From the human T2T-CHM13v2.0 reference genome, Homo sapiens: a DNA stretch of 64,000 nt. Of the stretch, positions 40,291-54,020 are shown piece by piece; the first letter of the stretch is position 1, and the number at the start of each line of letters is the position of its first letter. Location of the stretch: NCBI RefSeq assembly GCF_009914755.1, contig NC_060940.1. The stretch is one strand, 5' to 3'. Under the pieces are notes generated by a model. It was not told where the DNA came from, did no database searches, and was given only the letters and a program-made list of their open reading frames with translations. A program made the position numbers and the translations under genes.

Positions 40291-40887
40291 TGAGACAGGA
40301 AAAATACATGGTGGTCACAGGAGAATAGAACATTCCAGGCAGGAGTTGCCCATGGTCAGCAAAAAGGAAACTGTTGAAATAGCTGCAGAAGCTAGGGGCC
40401 AAAAAGATCCTGAAAACCAGGGTGTAGGCCAAGCTGGCTAAGACCGACTGGACTCAACATGGCACTGGATTCGACCTAGGTCTCACCTAGGACCTCATGA
40501 TACACTCATTCACATAGTAAACCACACACTCACCAGCACCATGACAATTCCGGGAACACACATATTTGGTATAACAATGGGTGGCACCACAGTTCCCAGA
40601 AGTCTTCACCTTTTTCCAGGAATCCTCATGAATATTCTACCCCTTGATTAAAGACATCCATAAAGACAGAAGCCCCAGACCCAATGTTGGATGCTACTCT
40701 CTCTCTTGAGTGCACCTGCAGTCGCCTTTCTTGAGTGTGTGCTTTTCCCTTTGCAATACATCTCTGTACTTTACTATTTTCTGACTCGTTCTGGAATTCT
40801 TTCTTGTAATGGCATCAAGAGCTTGGACATCAGCCAGGGTCGAGGTCCTACCAGCATTTGGGTACCTCCTCTAGCCCATCAGTATCA
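40291..40887 (+). mobile_element. MER66-like ERV1 solo LTR
   Basis: TGAGACAGGAAAAATAC...GGAAACTGTTGAAATAGCTGCAGAAGCTAGGGGC...CAGTATCA; TG...CA termini. Confidence 0.7.
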
Positions 40888-41435
40888 AAAAACAAAGATT
40901 TATTAAGAGGATAACACAAAGTGTGACTAAATATGAGTCCTGTAGAACTCCTGCTTTAAATAATCAGATTGATTTGTAATAAAATGGTCACCATTTGCTC
41001 ATATGGATTAAAAGTTGCAAGTGTGCTTAAACATGTAGGTTGGTTGTCTTTCATATTTTTCTGTAATATGGGTAGCATTTTGATCTTCTGCCTTTCAGAT
41101 GGAAGGGATAATAGAAGTAAGAAGAGTAAAAAGAGTCATAGTTTTGACATCACATGCACATAGCATTGACAATCAATTAATCAATTGTGACATTTACCAG
41201 CTGTGTGACATTGAACAAATTACTTCACCCCTAGACTCAACTATTTCTTTTAAATGGGGTCATATTTCCTACAATGAGATCCTTTATGGCACCAAATATG
41301 TCTCATTTATCTCACTAAATGAGATATAGTGGGTGTTCACTTAATGGATTGTAAATTATCAGGGTTCTGGTGAGTATTAAAAAAATAACTTATTTTGTAA
41401 AAGGCTTGACTTAATTCCTGATAATACTAGGCACC

Positions 41436-41823
41436 TGATATGGTTTGGCTTTATGTCCCCAGCCAAATACCATGTTTAATTGTAATCCCCAATATTAGAG
41501 AAGGGACCTGGTGGGAGGTGATGGGATCATGAGGGCGGACTTCCCTCTTGCTGTTCTCATGATAGTGAGTGAGTTCTTACAAAATCTGGTTGTTTGAAAG
41601 TATGTAGCCCTTCCCTCTTTGCTGTCTCTCTTCTTCCTGCTCAGCCATGTAAAACCATGCTTGCTTCCCCTTTGCCTTCTGCCATGATTGTAAGTTTCCT
41701 GAGGCCTCCCCAGAAGCAGAAGCCTGTACAGCCTGCAGAACCATGAGCCCACCTACCTATTTTCTCTATAAATTACCCAGTCTCAGGTAGTTCTGTATAG
41801 CTGTGCAAGAATGGACTAATACA
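41436..41823 (+). mobile_element. MSTA MaLR solo LTR
   Basis: TGATATGGTTTGGC...GAGGCCTCCCCAGAAGCAGAAGCC...GGACTAATACA; perfect TSD GCACC. Confidence 0.9.
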
Positions 41824-42154
41824 GCACCTCATAAATAGCTATGTCTTTTTCTGCCATTTTCAGCCTCTCATTTGTGTCTTTAAAAATGCCACTCTGGACT
41901 TAGTCTTTCAAACTCTGCAAATCAACTGGACACATTTTTTTTAGAGTTGCACAGATATCTCAAATGGAAACAGAACCAAACTGAACCCCTTGACTGTCCC
42001 TCCAAAACTCTGTCTACCCACAGCTTTCCCTATTTCAAATGATGGTAATGCCATCATTCCAGGTGCCAAAAACACAAATAAAAGCACAAAACCCAAAACA
42101 AACAAATTTTTAAAACTTCCTTGGTTGATTTATATGATGAAGCTATGTTATTGA

Positions 42155-42481
<327 letters not shown>

Positions 42482-42779
42482 TATATTTTTATTGCAGATT
42501 GCATGCTTTACCACTGTAAAGTGATCCTTGTTGCATTTCATGAACTTTGCTTTGTATCTTTCCTTAGCAAAAAGTAGAATTTCCAGCTCTTCTTTTTGCT
42601 TGTTTTCTTCAGACGAAACTTTGCTTCTCTCGTTGATTTTAACTATGTCATTTCCCTTTCCAAATAGTTGAATTTGATTTTTATTTTTTTTACTTATTCT
42701 GAAAATCTACTCATTTTGTCTTCTGTCTTGTGTCTGTTCTGTTTGTTGTTGTTTTGCTTTTAGGGGCTTCCCTTTCTTT

Positions 42780-43073
42780 CTCTTATTTATTTATTTATTT
42801 TTTTGAGACAGGGCCTTGCTCTGATACCCAGTGGTGCAACCTTAGCTCACTGAAGGCTTGACCTCCTGGGCTCAAGTGATCCTCTCACCTTAGCCTCCGG
42901 AGTAGCTGAGGCCACAGGCATGTGCCACCACACCTGGCTAATTTTTGTATTTTAGTAGACATGAGGTTTTGCCATGTTGTTCAGGCTGGTCTTGAAATCC
43001 TCAGCTCATGCAATCCACCTACCTCGGCCTCCCAAAGTGCTGGGATTACAGGCATGAGCCACCGTGCCTGGCC
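42780..43073 (-). mobile_element. AluJ
   Basis: GAGACAGGGCCTTG, CCTGGGCTCAAGTGATCC diagnostics; TSD GGGCTTCC(C/T). Confidence 0.92.
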
Positions 43074-43236
43074 AGGGCTTCCTCTTCTGACTTTTTCCCT
43101 AGGAATATGTTCTGGTTACCATGTACCTTTCCAATGATGTAAAGAGCATACATCTTATTCTTTACTCTATTATTGGCTAATATTAATTTTCTCAAGTCAG
43201 CATCATTTAAACTATATTGTCATGTGTGACTCATTT

Positions 43237-43537
43237 CTTCTTCTTCTTTTTTTTTTTTTTTGAGACGGAGTATTGCTCTGTGCCCACACTAGAGTGCAGT
43301 GGCACAATCTTGGCTCATTGCAACCTCTGCCTCCTGGGTTCAAGCAATTCTCTGCCTCAGCGTCCCGAGTAGCTGGGATTACAGGTGCCTGCCACCACAA
43401 CCGACTAATTTTTTTGTATTTTTAGTAGAGACAGGGTGTCACCATGTTGGTCAGGTCTTGAACTCCTGACCTCGTGATGCACCCGCCTTGGCCTCCCAAA
43501 GTGCTGGGATTACAGGCGTGAGCCACCACGGCCAGCC
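43237..43537 (-). mobile_element. AluS (Sc/Sg-like)
   Basis: Antisense dimer with CCTGACCTCGTGAT. Confidence 0.93.
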
Positions 43538-45049
43538 ATTTTAACATCTTTATAATCTGTCTTTCCCATAGAGTGTATGACTTTTGTTTGGTGACTTGCC
43601 CCATAGATACACTTTTGTATACCTGACTCATGAGGTTAGGTACTTTTCCTTGTCCCCACTGCAGCTCCGGCACCAAGCAAAAAGCATGGCACCCAACACA
43701 GGCTCAGTAACTTTTTTGATTAAAGGAAGGAATTTCTTCATCCCTTCTTCCTTTCTTCTCAGACTTTGCAAATACAATCTGAGAGTCAAACCCAGATGGT
43801 TTCTATGTTATTATTTTCATAAGATAGAGCTTTTTTTCTTTTGAGAATTATTTTTGGCCTTCAGATACAATTTTGTGATCATGCCTACAATGATCCTCCT
43901 CCCACTTACCAAACGCTACCCTAAATTTCATTACCTCTAATTCTACTTTTAGGCAATAACAGGTGTTCTCCTTTATGCAGAAAAAAGCCTAGTCTTAGGA
44001 GACAGAGTTGCCTCAGCCTCCATAAGATGACTGTGAGGAAAGAGGTATGAGGTGAAACTGGGTTGAGATGATTCTGTGCAGCGGGGAGGTGTTAACCACC
44101 AAATTCCTCAGTAGTGCAATGTAATGGATATTAATTTAGCACCTATTCTGTTCTGGATACCACGTAAAGTACTGGTTTAATATAGATGAATAAAACATGT
44201 GTTCATTCAGTAAATGTGAATTGAGTCCCTACTAGGCAGCAGGGACTGTACTGAACTCTTCGGATTTAATGATGAACTGCATAGACACGCTTTATGCCAT
44301 ACGGTACTTATGAACCCAATCATACCTCCTGTCTAATTGACACATAAAAAAATACTGGAATAAGAAAGAAAATATGGTTTTCTTTCCTTTAAAGAAAAGG
44401 AGACTTGAAGGAGATGAAACAAACAAACAAAACATCCTTGCCAGAAACACACACAAAAGTTTCAGAAATTCCAAAGGCCTTTCACTAAAAACTAGGTAAA
44501 GGATATTCTCAGCCAAGGGCTCAGGTACATCACTTTGAGAGACAAATTACCAGTAATCCAGTTAAATTTTAAATAGCATTATCTAAATGAAAAATATCCA
44601 AGTATGAGATATCCCAGCAAGAATAGCTCCAATTTCCTGCCTGGATGCTAAGTAAGGAATAGACTGTTTAATATCATCTTGATAACATTTTTATAGGTTC
44701 ATGTTGGCCCATCAGATTGCAATTTGTCACCTGCTATCTAACAATTTTCTAATTCTTCGTCACTTTACAATGTAAAATAATAGGTACCAAATTGTGAGGC
44801 TTTTTTTTAAAATACTAAAAAAGGTAGAGTGAAAGTGAGGGGCTTTGTTTTTACCAAGTGATGCTTTTTCCTGGTTAGAATAAGAATGGTTGTCAATAAT
44901 TCAAACACAATATGGCATTGAGCTCATTTTACTTTTCACACTGAATTAATTTGTTAAACACAAAATGAATGAGAAAAATCTCCAAATCTCTGTTTTCCTT
45001 ACCTCCCACCCTTCCCAAAAGTTAGTGAAGGGGGACAATGTTGAGAAGA

Positions 45050-45290
45050 CACATGTGTAGATTCACAGTACAAGGACTTGGGCAGAGAGTTAGAGAGCCT
45101 TGGGTTTGGATCCCAAGCTCAGCCACTTAAGGCAATGTGACATTGAGCAGCACCCAATCTCACTGAACTCCTTTCTTCTTCAGTAAAATTGGGATGACAA
45201 GTCCTCCTCACAGGTTCTCAGGATAACTGGGGTTAAGCTGTGAAGTCTACTCCAGAATCAGAAATACTGTAAGCACTTAGCACATTAAAG
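45050..45290 (+). mobile_element. MIR
   Basis: CCTTGGGTTTGGATCCCA...TGTGACATTGAGCA...GTAAAATTGGGATGACAA. Confidence 0.65.
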
Positions 45291-45459
45291 ATTGTAATGC
45301 TACAGCTATTGTTCCATTTCTTAACTACCCTTTGTAGTACAATGTCTTGAAAGAGTTGTTTCTAGTTTTTCTTCTCCCTTTTCTAGTCCTCCACCACTTG
45401 ACTGACACTGGTAGACACACAATGAAGTGACCGAGTAAGCATTGGCCGTCTGCTCTCAA

Positions 45460-45790
45460 ACAACATGATATATTCGCTGATAACTCAAATTTAGATTCCC
45501 AGCCCAGAACCCTCTCCCAAATGCCAGACTCTTATATATACTTCTCTTTTTAACATCTCTATTTGGATGACCAATTGACATCTCAAACTCAAAATATCTA
45601 AAACTAAACTCTTCATCCGCCCTTCAAATCCTGCTCCATCCACAGCCTTCCCCATCTCCATTGAGAACAACCCTATCCTTTTAACTGCCCAGATCAAAAA
45701 ACCATAAAAGCATCCTAATTCCTTTCTTTTTTAAGAACCCCACATCCCATCCACCAGAACATCCTATGGGTTCTGCCATCTTGCCAACCC
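45460..45790 (+). mobile_element. L2 fragment
   Basis: ACATCTCTATTTGGATG...CATCTCAAACTCAAAATATCTAAAACTAAACTC...CTTCCCCATCTC. Confidence 0.8.
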
Positions 45791-46489
45791 AGAACTTGAT
45801 GGAATGAGGACCGTGTAGCTCTGTAAGGAAACAAGGAATTCAAAAGAAACTTTATGTGAAGTATTTAGTTGTTGGGTTAACTCTGTTGGCAACTACTCAA
45901 TCCTAAAACTTGTTTTTGCTCACTGGTTTCCGTTGTAATGTACACTACATTAGCCAGTTTGAGTGTTTAACTATTGTGTGTCTGTTTCAATGGAGGAAAG
46001 AAATGGTGTGATTGTTTCTCTCTCAATCATCAACAAGTGGAAAAGGAAGAAGATGTGAAATTCCCCAGTAAACTGCAGAGAGACTCTGATTGGCTTACTG
46101 GCATTGTGCTTGTGGTGATATTACCAGTAGCATGGGGACTAGAGAGGTACCAACCAGGGTACAGGGGTCACACTTCTGTTCCTTATCTTCTGAAATGCCA
46201 TCTCCTAATTGCTGTTGGCCAAGAATCAAGGATATTTCACCACTAGTAAATAATCCTTTACCAGGAGAAAGAGTGAGATGGTTGTGTCCTTTCAGGGTAT
46301 TCCAAGAGCTAAATATTAATGTGTATGTGTGTGCATGCATGGGTGGTTGAAGCATTTGAAAACAGCCTTCTCAATTATTATAACTAATTTACGTCTACAA
46401 AATAGTTTCTGGAACTCTTTCACTGCCTGATTTCATTTGATTCTCAGAGATATCCTGAGATCAAGGGAAGACCATCCATTACTATTTCC

Positions 46490-46720
46490 ATATCATCCAT
46501 GATTCCCTTACTCCACTTTACATTTTATTTTTTTCTAACGCATACATCACTTCTCACATAACACTTAAAGTGCTTGTTCATTATATAGGCTGCATATTTT
46601 CTCACTTCTGCTAGAATGAGAGCAGAAATTTTTACTTACTTCACTCATTAATCCCTAATATCTAGAATACTTCCAAGCACACCATAGGCACTCAATAAAT
46701 CTTTGCTGAGTGAATAAATA
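46490..46720 (+). mobile_element. L2 3' end
   Basis: CTAGAATACTTCCAAGCACACCATAGGCACTCAATAAATCTTTGCTGAGTGAATAAAT. Confidence 0.75.
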
Positions 46721-47129
46721 TTTATTTGTCTATGAAGTACATATCAACATCTACATTATCATCACCACACAAAGACTGTAACTTCCTATGGACCTCTATT
46801 CTGCTGTTCCCTCTCCATGGTACTCTTTTCTGGGACACAGCTAGTCCCTTCTTAATATCCAAACCTCAGTTAAGAGGTATGATGTTCCTGAAGACCTGAT
46901 AAAATAAATTGGCGATCAGACAATGAAAGCCTTTAATGCATCACTTTTCTACTTTTTATTGTCTACCAGGAAGCTCAGAGCTAGGTGCATTGTCCAATTC
47001 AATCATTAGTTCACCCCTTTCATTGCTCTTTTCTTAGGTTCCTTTATTCTATGGGCCTGTGTAGTTTCACAATAAACTCACTGCTTTTTAAAAAAGTTCA
47101 AAAAGTGGGTATACCCAGCATGTTGGTTG

Positions 47130-47390
47130 GCCCAGGTGGGTGGATTGCTTGAGTCCAGGGGTTCAAGACCAGCCTGGGCAACACGGCGAAACCCCATCTC
47201 TACTAAAAATACAAAAAATTCGTCAGGTGTCATGGCATGTGCCTGTAGTGTCAGCTATTAGGGAGGCTCAGGTGGAAGGATGACTTGAGTCCAGGAGGTG
47301 GAGGGTGCAGCGAGCCAAGATCATGTCACTGCACTCCAGCCTGGGCCATAGAGGCAGACCCTGTATTAAAAAAAAAAAAAAAAAAAAAAA
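47130..47390 (+). mobile_element. AluJ/S, 5'-truncated
   Basis: Dimer missing its first ~45 nt; long A-tail. Confidence 0.92.
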
Positions 47391-48416
47391 CTAGAGATAG
47401 GTTAAATTTAGATTAAGTACAAACTACGATATTACCAAAGGAGTTCTCTTTCTATCAAATTATGATGCCCAAATCACAACCCTAAAAAAAACTGTAAAAA
47501 TTTATTGGATGCTTAATATGTACCAGACATACCACCACTCTCTATTTTATAATAAGTGATTCACTTCTCCAATTTATGAGACATACCTGGCTCCTAAAAG
47601 TATTGGAATTTTAAGCTCCTGGCCTAGAGGTCAGATTACATTTGAGAGCTGGTTACACGGCCAGGAAGGATTCTGGAGAATGCATCTTTTTAGCCTTAAA
47701 GGAACATGTGTGGAACAGAGAGCTGACACTCTGATAAATACAGAGACACGCTAAGGTCTTAAAAGAAACCATCCAGTCCACTGCTTTCCATGTGCCCCCC
47801 TAACACACACACACATACTCACTCCTAGAATGTTTACCTCTTTATGTGCACCACTTTGCCCTGGTTGCCCAAAGCAGGCACTTACCTTCTAATGACGCAG
47901 ACTATTGTATTGTGTTCACCCTGTAAGGCTTCAGTGCTTGTTCAAAAGCAAAGATCTGGTGATGGCTGATAAGATGCCTGCTTTCTCTCCGCCTTTGTTA
48001 TGTAGATGAGTTTCCATTTTATTTTCGTTGTTTCCGTTGAATCCTGAGCGTTTTAATAGTTGTGAAGCTTCAGTGAACTCGAGTGGAGCTTAAGATCCGA
48101 GATGTTAAATCGGTTCAGCAATAAGATCTAGCAGAAAATGAGGGCCTCATTCTTACTTCTCCTTTTCCTCCTGAATAATGAAGAACTGATTTCTGCTATT
48201 AATGTGACTCTTACAGGAGGAACTCTGCAGTAATCCAGGGTAATTCATCATTAATTAACGTGCCATCTTTTCAACCTGTCCCCATTTAATCATAAAAGCT
48301 GGTGAATGTTAGAGCTAAGGGGTAGCTGATGGTTGAAAGAGTAGAAGGAAAATACTAACTCTGGGCACGTTTCAGGGTGAGAATTATTTTCCCTTTAGAA
48401 AATTGTAAGAATCCTT

Positions 48417-48729
48417 GGCGGGGCGTGGTGGTTCTCGCCTGTAATCCTAGCACTTTGGGAGACCGAGGTGGGTGCATCACGAGGTCAAGAGTTCAAGACC
48501 AGCCTGGCCAAGATGGTGAAACCCCCTTCTCTACTAAAAATACAAAAAATTAGCCGGTCATGGTGGTGGGTGCCTGTAATCCCAGCTACTCAGGAGGCTG
48601 AGACAGAGAACTGCTTGAACCTGGGACAAGGAGGTTGCAGTGAGCCAAAATCATACCACTGCCCTCCAGCCTGGGCAACAGAGCAAGACTCCATCTTAAA
48701 AAGAAAAAAAATAAAAATAAAAAAGGAAA
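48417..48729 (+). mobile_element. AluS (Sg/Sc-like)
   Basis: TSD AGAAAAT(T/C)GTAAGAATCC. Confidence 0.95.
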
Positions 48730-49049
48730 GAAAATCGTAAGAATCCAACAAGTTGTTTGCAAGTGCTGTGAGCCCCATGGGATATCTGCTGCGTGTACTC
48801 TGCTGCTCTGATCTCTGGCTTCTTAAAGACTTTCTATTTAGCAACTTCAGGACTCATATTTTTGTTGCTTTTTCATGGGATCCAATTTGAACCATTTTTG
48901 AGCCTTCTATGCTAATCTCTTTCATTTTCAAGGCTTTTAAAATTGTAGTAAAATATACATAACATAAAAGCTGCCATTGTAACCATTTTTAAGTGTGTGT
49001 AGTTTAGTTCATTAAGTGTCTTCATGTTGTTGTGCAATCTTCACCACTA

Positions 49050-49349
49050 TTTTTTTTTCTTTTGAGACAGAGTTTTGCTATGTTGCCCAGGCTACAGTGC
49101 AATGGCATGAACTTGGCTCACTGTAACCTCCGCCACCTGGGTTCAAGTGATTCTCCTGCCTCAGCCTCCTGAGTAGCTGGGATTACAGGTGCCTGCCACC
49201 ATGCCCAGATAATTTTTTTTTTCTATTTTTAGTACAGTCAAGTTTTCACCATGTTGGCCAGGCTGGTCTCGAACTCTTGACCTCAGGCTATCCACCCACC
49301 TCAGTCTCCCAAAGTGCTGGGATTACAGCCGTGAGCCACCACATCCAGC
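49050..49349 (-). mobile_element. AluS
   Basis: TSD CACCACTAT. Confidence 0.95.
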
Positions 49350-50115
49350 CACCACTATCTGTCTATAGAACTTTTTCATCATCCAAAAATGAAACTCAAA
49401 CCCATTAAAAAATAACTCTCCATTTTCTCCTACCCCGAATCCTTGATAACCACATCCCACTTTTTGTCTCTAGGAATTTGACTATCGTAGATACCTCAGA
49501 GGAAGGGAGTCATACAATATTTGTCCTTTTGTGTTTGGCTTATTTCGCTTAACATAATAATGTCTTCGAGGTTCATTCAGGTTGTAGCATGTATCCAAGT
49601 TTCACTCCTTTTTAAGGTTAAATAACATTCCACTATTTATCCGTGTCTGTATGTGTGTACCACATTTTGTCTATCCATTCATCTCTCAGTGGACATTTGT
49701 GATAGTTCCACACTTTGGCTAATGTGAATCCTACTGCTATGGATTTGGTGTACAGATACCTCTTTGAGCTGCAGTCCTCAGAGTTTGTGTGTATATACCT
49801 GGAAGTGGAACGGTTGGATTATTTGGCAATTCTATGTTTAATTTTTTTGGGAACTGTCATACTGTTTTCTATAGCTGTTGCACCATTTTACATTCCCTCC
49901 AGCAATGCACATGGGCCTCAGTTTCTCCAAATCCTCACCAACATTTGTTTTCTGTTTTTAATAGTAGCCTTCCTACTAGGTGTAATGTGGCATTTTATTC
50001 CAGCTTCGATTTGCATTTCAGCAATGATTTGTGATATAAATATCTATTCATGTGCTTGTTGGCCAGTTGTATATCTGTTTTGGAGAAATATCTATTCAAA
50101 TTCTCTGTCCTTTCA

Positions 50116-50410
50116 TTTTTTTTCAAGAGATGGGGTATTGCTCTGTCACCCAGGCTGGAGTGCAGGGGTGCAAAAACATGGCTCAGTGCAGCCTCAACCT
50201 CTTATGCTCAAGCAATCCTCCCGCCTCAGTCACCCCGAGTAGCTGGGACTACAGGTGCATGCCACCACACCCAGCTCATTATTGTATTTTTTGTAGAGAA
50301 GAGGTTTCACCCTGTTGCCCAGGCTGGTCTCAAATTCCTGAGCTCAGCAATTCACCCGCCTTGACCTCCCAAAGTGCTGGGATTACAGGTGTGAACCACC
50401 ATGCCAGGCC
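50116..50410 (-). mobile_element. AluJ
   Basis: GCAGCCTCAACC, GCTCAAGCAATCC, TTTTTTGTAGAG. Confidence 0.92.
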
Positions 50411-50769
50411 ACGTGTTCATTTTTAAATTGAGTTTTGTTGTTGTTGTTGAGTTGTAAGAGTTCTTTATATATTCTGGATAGCAATCTTTTATCAGATAGG
50501 TGATATACATCTATTTTTTTCCATTCTGTGGGTCTTGTTTTGACTGTTGATAGTGTCCTTTAAAGCATGAAAGTTGAATTTTGATGAAGTTTAGTTTATC
50601 TATATTTTTTCTTTTCTTACCTGGACTTTTAGTGTCATATCCAAGAAACTATTGCTAAATCCAATGTCATAAAGATTTTCCTCTATCTTTTCTTCTAAGA
50701 CATTTATAGTTTTAGCTCTTTCATTTAAGTATTTAATTCATTTTGAGTCAATTGTTGTAAAAGTTTGGA

Positions 50770-50910
50770 TAAAGTATTTAATCTCCCTGAGATTAATTTT
50801 CTCATCTGTCAAATGGGTAGGGTAACACCTGCCTCTTGGAGCTACTGTAAAGATTATATGAATAAAATATTGAGCACATGGTAAATGTTCATTAAATGAT
50901 TGCTCAATTT
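50770..50910 (+). mobile_element. MIR
   Basis: TTTCTCATCTGTCAAATGGG core. Confidence 0.7.
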
Positions 50911-51363
50911 AAAACCTCTCTAAGCTTTCATTTTCTGTCTGCATAATAAGAAAATTAACATTTCCTATGTACAACATAGTTTATGGGTTAGTGAAGATGA
51001 GAAAAGAGGGAAAATAAAAACATCTGGAAAATGCCAAATGGAAGAATATTTGAATTTTCGATATGGCTAATTCAAATGTGAATCTTTTTACACAGCTTAA
51101 TAACAACTTTTAAGATTATCTGCTTTTTTATTGATAAACATCACACGTAGCTGACAACTGCATTTCATCCCTGAGATTTACTCTAACACTTTTCCCACCT
51201 GACTTTTTCCATACCCAACTGAAAAAATTAAAATTCAGAAGTGACTTTTGTCCATACTACATGTAACAAAATTTTTTTTTCCAACTTTGATATGTCTATC
51301 TAAAAAGTGTTTGCATTGACTGGCGTAACGAAAATCTTTTGTTAATTAAAAAAATAAACAGAT

Positions 51364-51660
51364 GACTAGGCACAGTGGCTCAAGCCTGTAATCCCAGCAT
51401 TTTGGGAGACCAAGGCAGGTGGATTGCCTGAGCTCAGGAGTTTGAGACCAGCTTGGGCAACATGGCGAAACCTCATCTCTACCAAAAATGCAAAAAATTA
51501 GCCAGGTGTGGTGGCACTCTCCCGTAGTCGCAGCTACTCAAGACACTGAGGTGTCAAGCTCGCTTGAGTCTGGGAGGCAGAGGTTGCCGTGAACTGAGAT
51601 TGCACCAGTGCACTCCAACCTGAGTGACAGTGAGACCCCGTCTCAAAAAATAAAAATGAA
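51364..51660 (+). mobile_element. AluJ/S
   Basis: Full dimer. Confidence 0.93.
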
Positions 51661-52625
51661 GTAAAAACAATTGGCAATACCGTGTGCTAGCAATAATCCA
51701 TGGTTCTCTCATACGTTGCTGACAGAAATCAAAATGGTGCTGCCACTTTGGAAATTAGTATGACATTTTCATAAAACTAAATACATATATCTCTTATGAC
51801 CATCAGCCCTATTCCTGGTATCTATCCTAGAGAAAACTTACATTCATACAAAAGCCGTGTATCTACATGTTAATGGCAGATTTATTCACAATTACCAAAA
51901 ACTTTTTTTTTTTTTTGAGAAAGAGTCTTGCTCCATTGCCCAGGCTGGAGTGTAGTGGTGTGATCTCAGCTAACTGCAACCTTCACCTCCTGGGTTCAAG
52001 TGATTCTCTTGCCTCACCTCCTGAATAGCTGGGACTACAGGTGCAAGCCACCATGCCGGCTAATTTTTGTATTTTTAGTAGAGACAGGGTTTAACCATGT
52101 TGCCCAGGCTGCTCTCAAACTCCTGACCTCAAGCGACCTACCTGCTTCAGTCTCCCAAAGTGCTGGGATTACAGGCATGAGCCACTGCACCCGGCCATAA
52201 TTCCCAAAAGCTTAAAACAACTAAAATATCCTTCAACTGGTGAATAAATAAGCTACGGTATACTATATCCATACAATGGAATGCTACTCAACAATAAAAA
52301 AGAATAAACTACTGATATATGCAACACCATGGACACATTTCAAATGCATTATTCTGAGGGAAAGCAGCCAGCCTAAAAAAGCTACAAACTTAGGGTTTCA
52401 TTTATCATGCTATTCTGGAAAAGGCAGATATGTAGGAACAGAGAACAAATCACTGGTTTCCAAGAGCTGAGGATGGGGGAGGGGCAGACTACAAGGGTTA
52501 TAGAAAAAACAAAGGGGTACTTAATTTTGTTGGTGGCTACATAATGGTGGGCATTTCTCATAATTCACAGAACTGTACACAAAAGATGAATTTTACTGTA
52601 TATAAATGATCCCTCCATTTTAAAC
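51661..52625 (+). mobile_element. L1ME-type 3' fragment interrupted by an Alu
   Basis: AAAATGGTGCTGCCACTTTGGAAA, ATCCATACAATGGAATGCTACTCA, GAATTTTACTGTATATAAA. Confidence 0.8.
51903..52196 (-). mobile_element. AluS
   Basis: TSD ACAATTACCAAAAACTT/ATAATTCCCAAAAGCTT. Confidence 0.95.
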
Positions 52626-52647
52626 TAATGAAAAAAAATTTTGTTGA

Positions 52648-52954
<307 letters not shown>

Positions 52955-53690
52955 AAAATCTTGTTGACTTTCAAATAGTAAGTGTTCAAAATACCGAACT
53001 CATCTTAGACGCTCACCCCTGGCTAGCCTGTGTATATTGTTTCCAGCGAGGCAGTGTCTTTTTGTATCAAATTCATAGTCCTTGGTTGAACTTTTGCTCG
53101 AAGCCCTTCTGAACCCGTGGAAATTTGGGGAAGACTCCATGATTCAGTGTTACTATCCACAGAAAAGAATCCGCAGACTCTACAATTACAAGATACCAGG
53201 ACTCAATATTTCATGAGGCATAGTTTATTAAATGGTTGCCAGTCGTTTATGTTCGTGAACGGCTAAATATGACTGGTGACTCTGACAGTTACAATTTGTC
53301 AACAGCTGCTTCCAGTGTCTTTACTTCATTTTAAGTCTTGCACGTTTCATTATGAATGGCGGGCTAAACGTATCTATAACTTTGATAACTCAATTCACTT
53401 TGTTAGTAATGGTTTCTGAAGCAGTTATAACATAACAGTAACCATGCTAGGGATAAATGTTTCATAAAGAATCCATTATTATTTATTTATCATTTATAAC
53501 ATGTGTTCCAAAAGCATTACAGAATATATATTAAACATTTATAGATAATTTTATGCTACTACTAGCATGTGATATAAATACATTATTAATTCTCTTGAAT
53601 TGTTGATGGATTGAGCTCAAAATAAAGCTGTGCCAACTGGGTCCTTGCCAATAAAGTGGGGAAAAAAAGAAGGAAGTCTACTGCATCTGA

Positions 53691-54020
<330 letters not shown>

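Larger units (their letters stand above)
48935..50760 (-). mobile_element. L1MB-type 3' region interrupted by two Alus
   Basis: AAAATATACATAACATAAAA...CCATTTTTAAGTGT; TTGTCCTTTTGTGTTTGGCTTATTTC; antisense ORF2 3' remnants. Confidence 0.85.

Noticed and set aside
49715-50242. Longest ORF (175 aa, hydrophobic)
   Set aside because: It is antisense L1MB fused to an antisense Alu; the T-richness explains the hydrophobicity.
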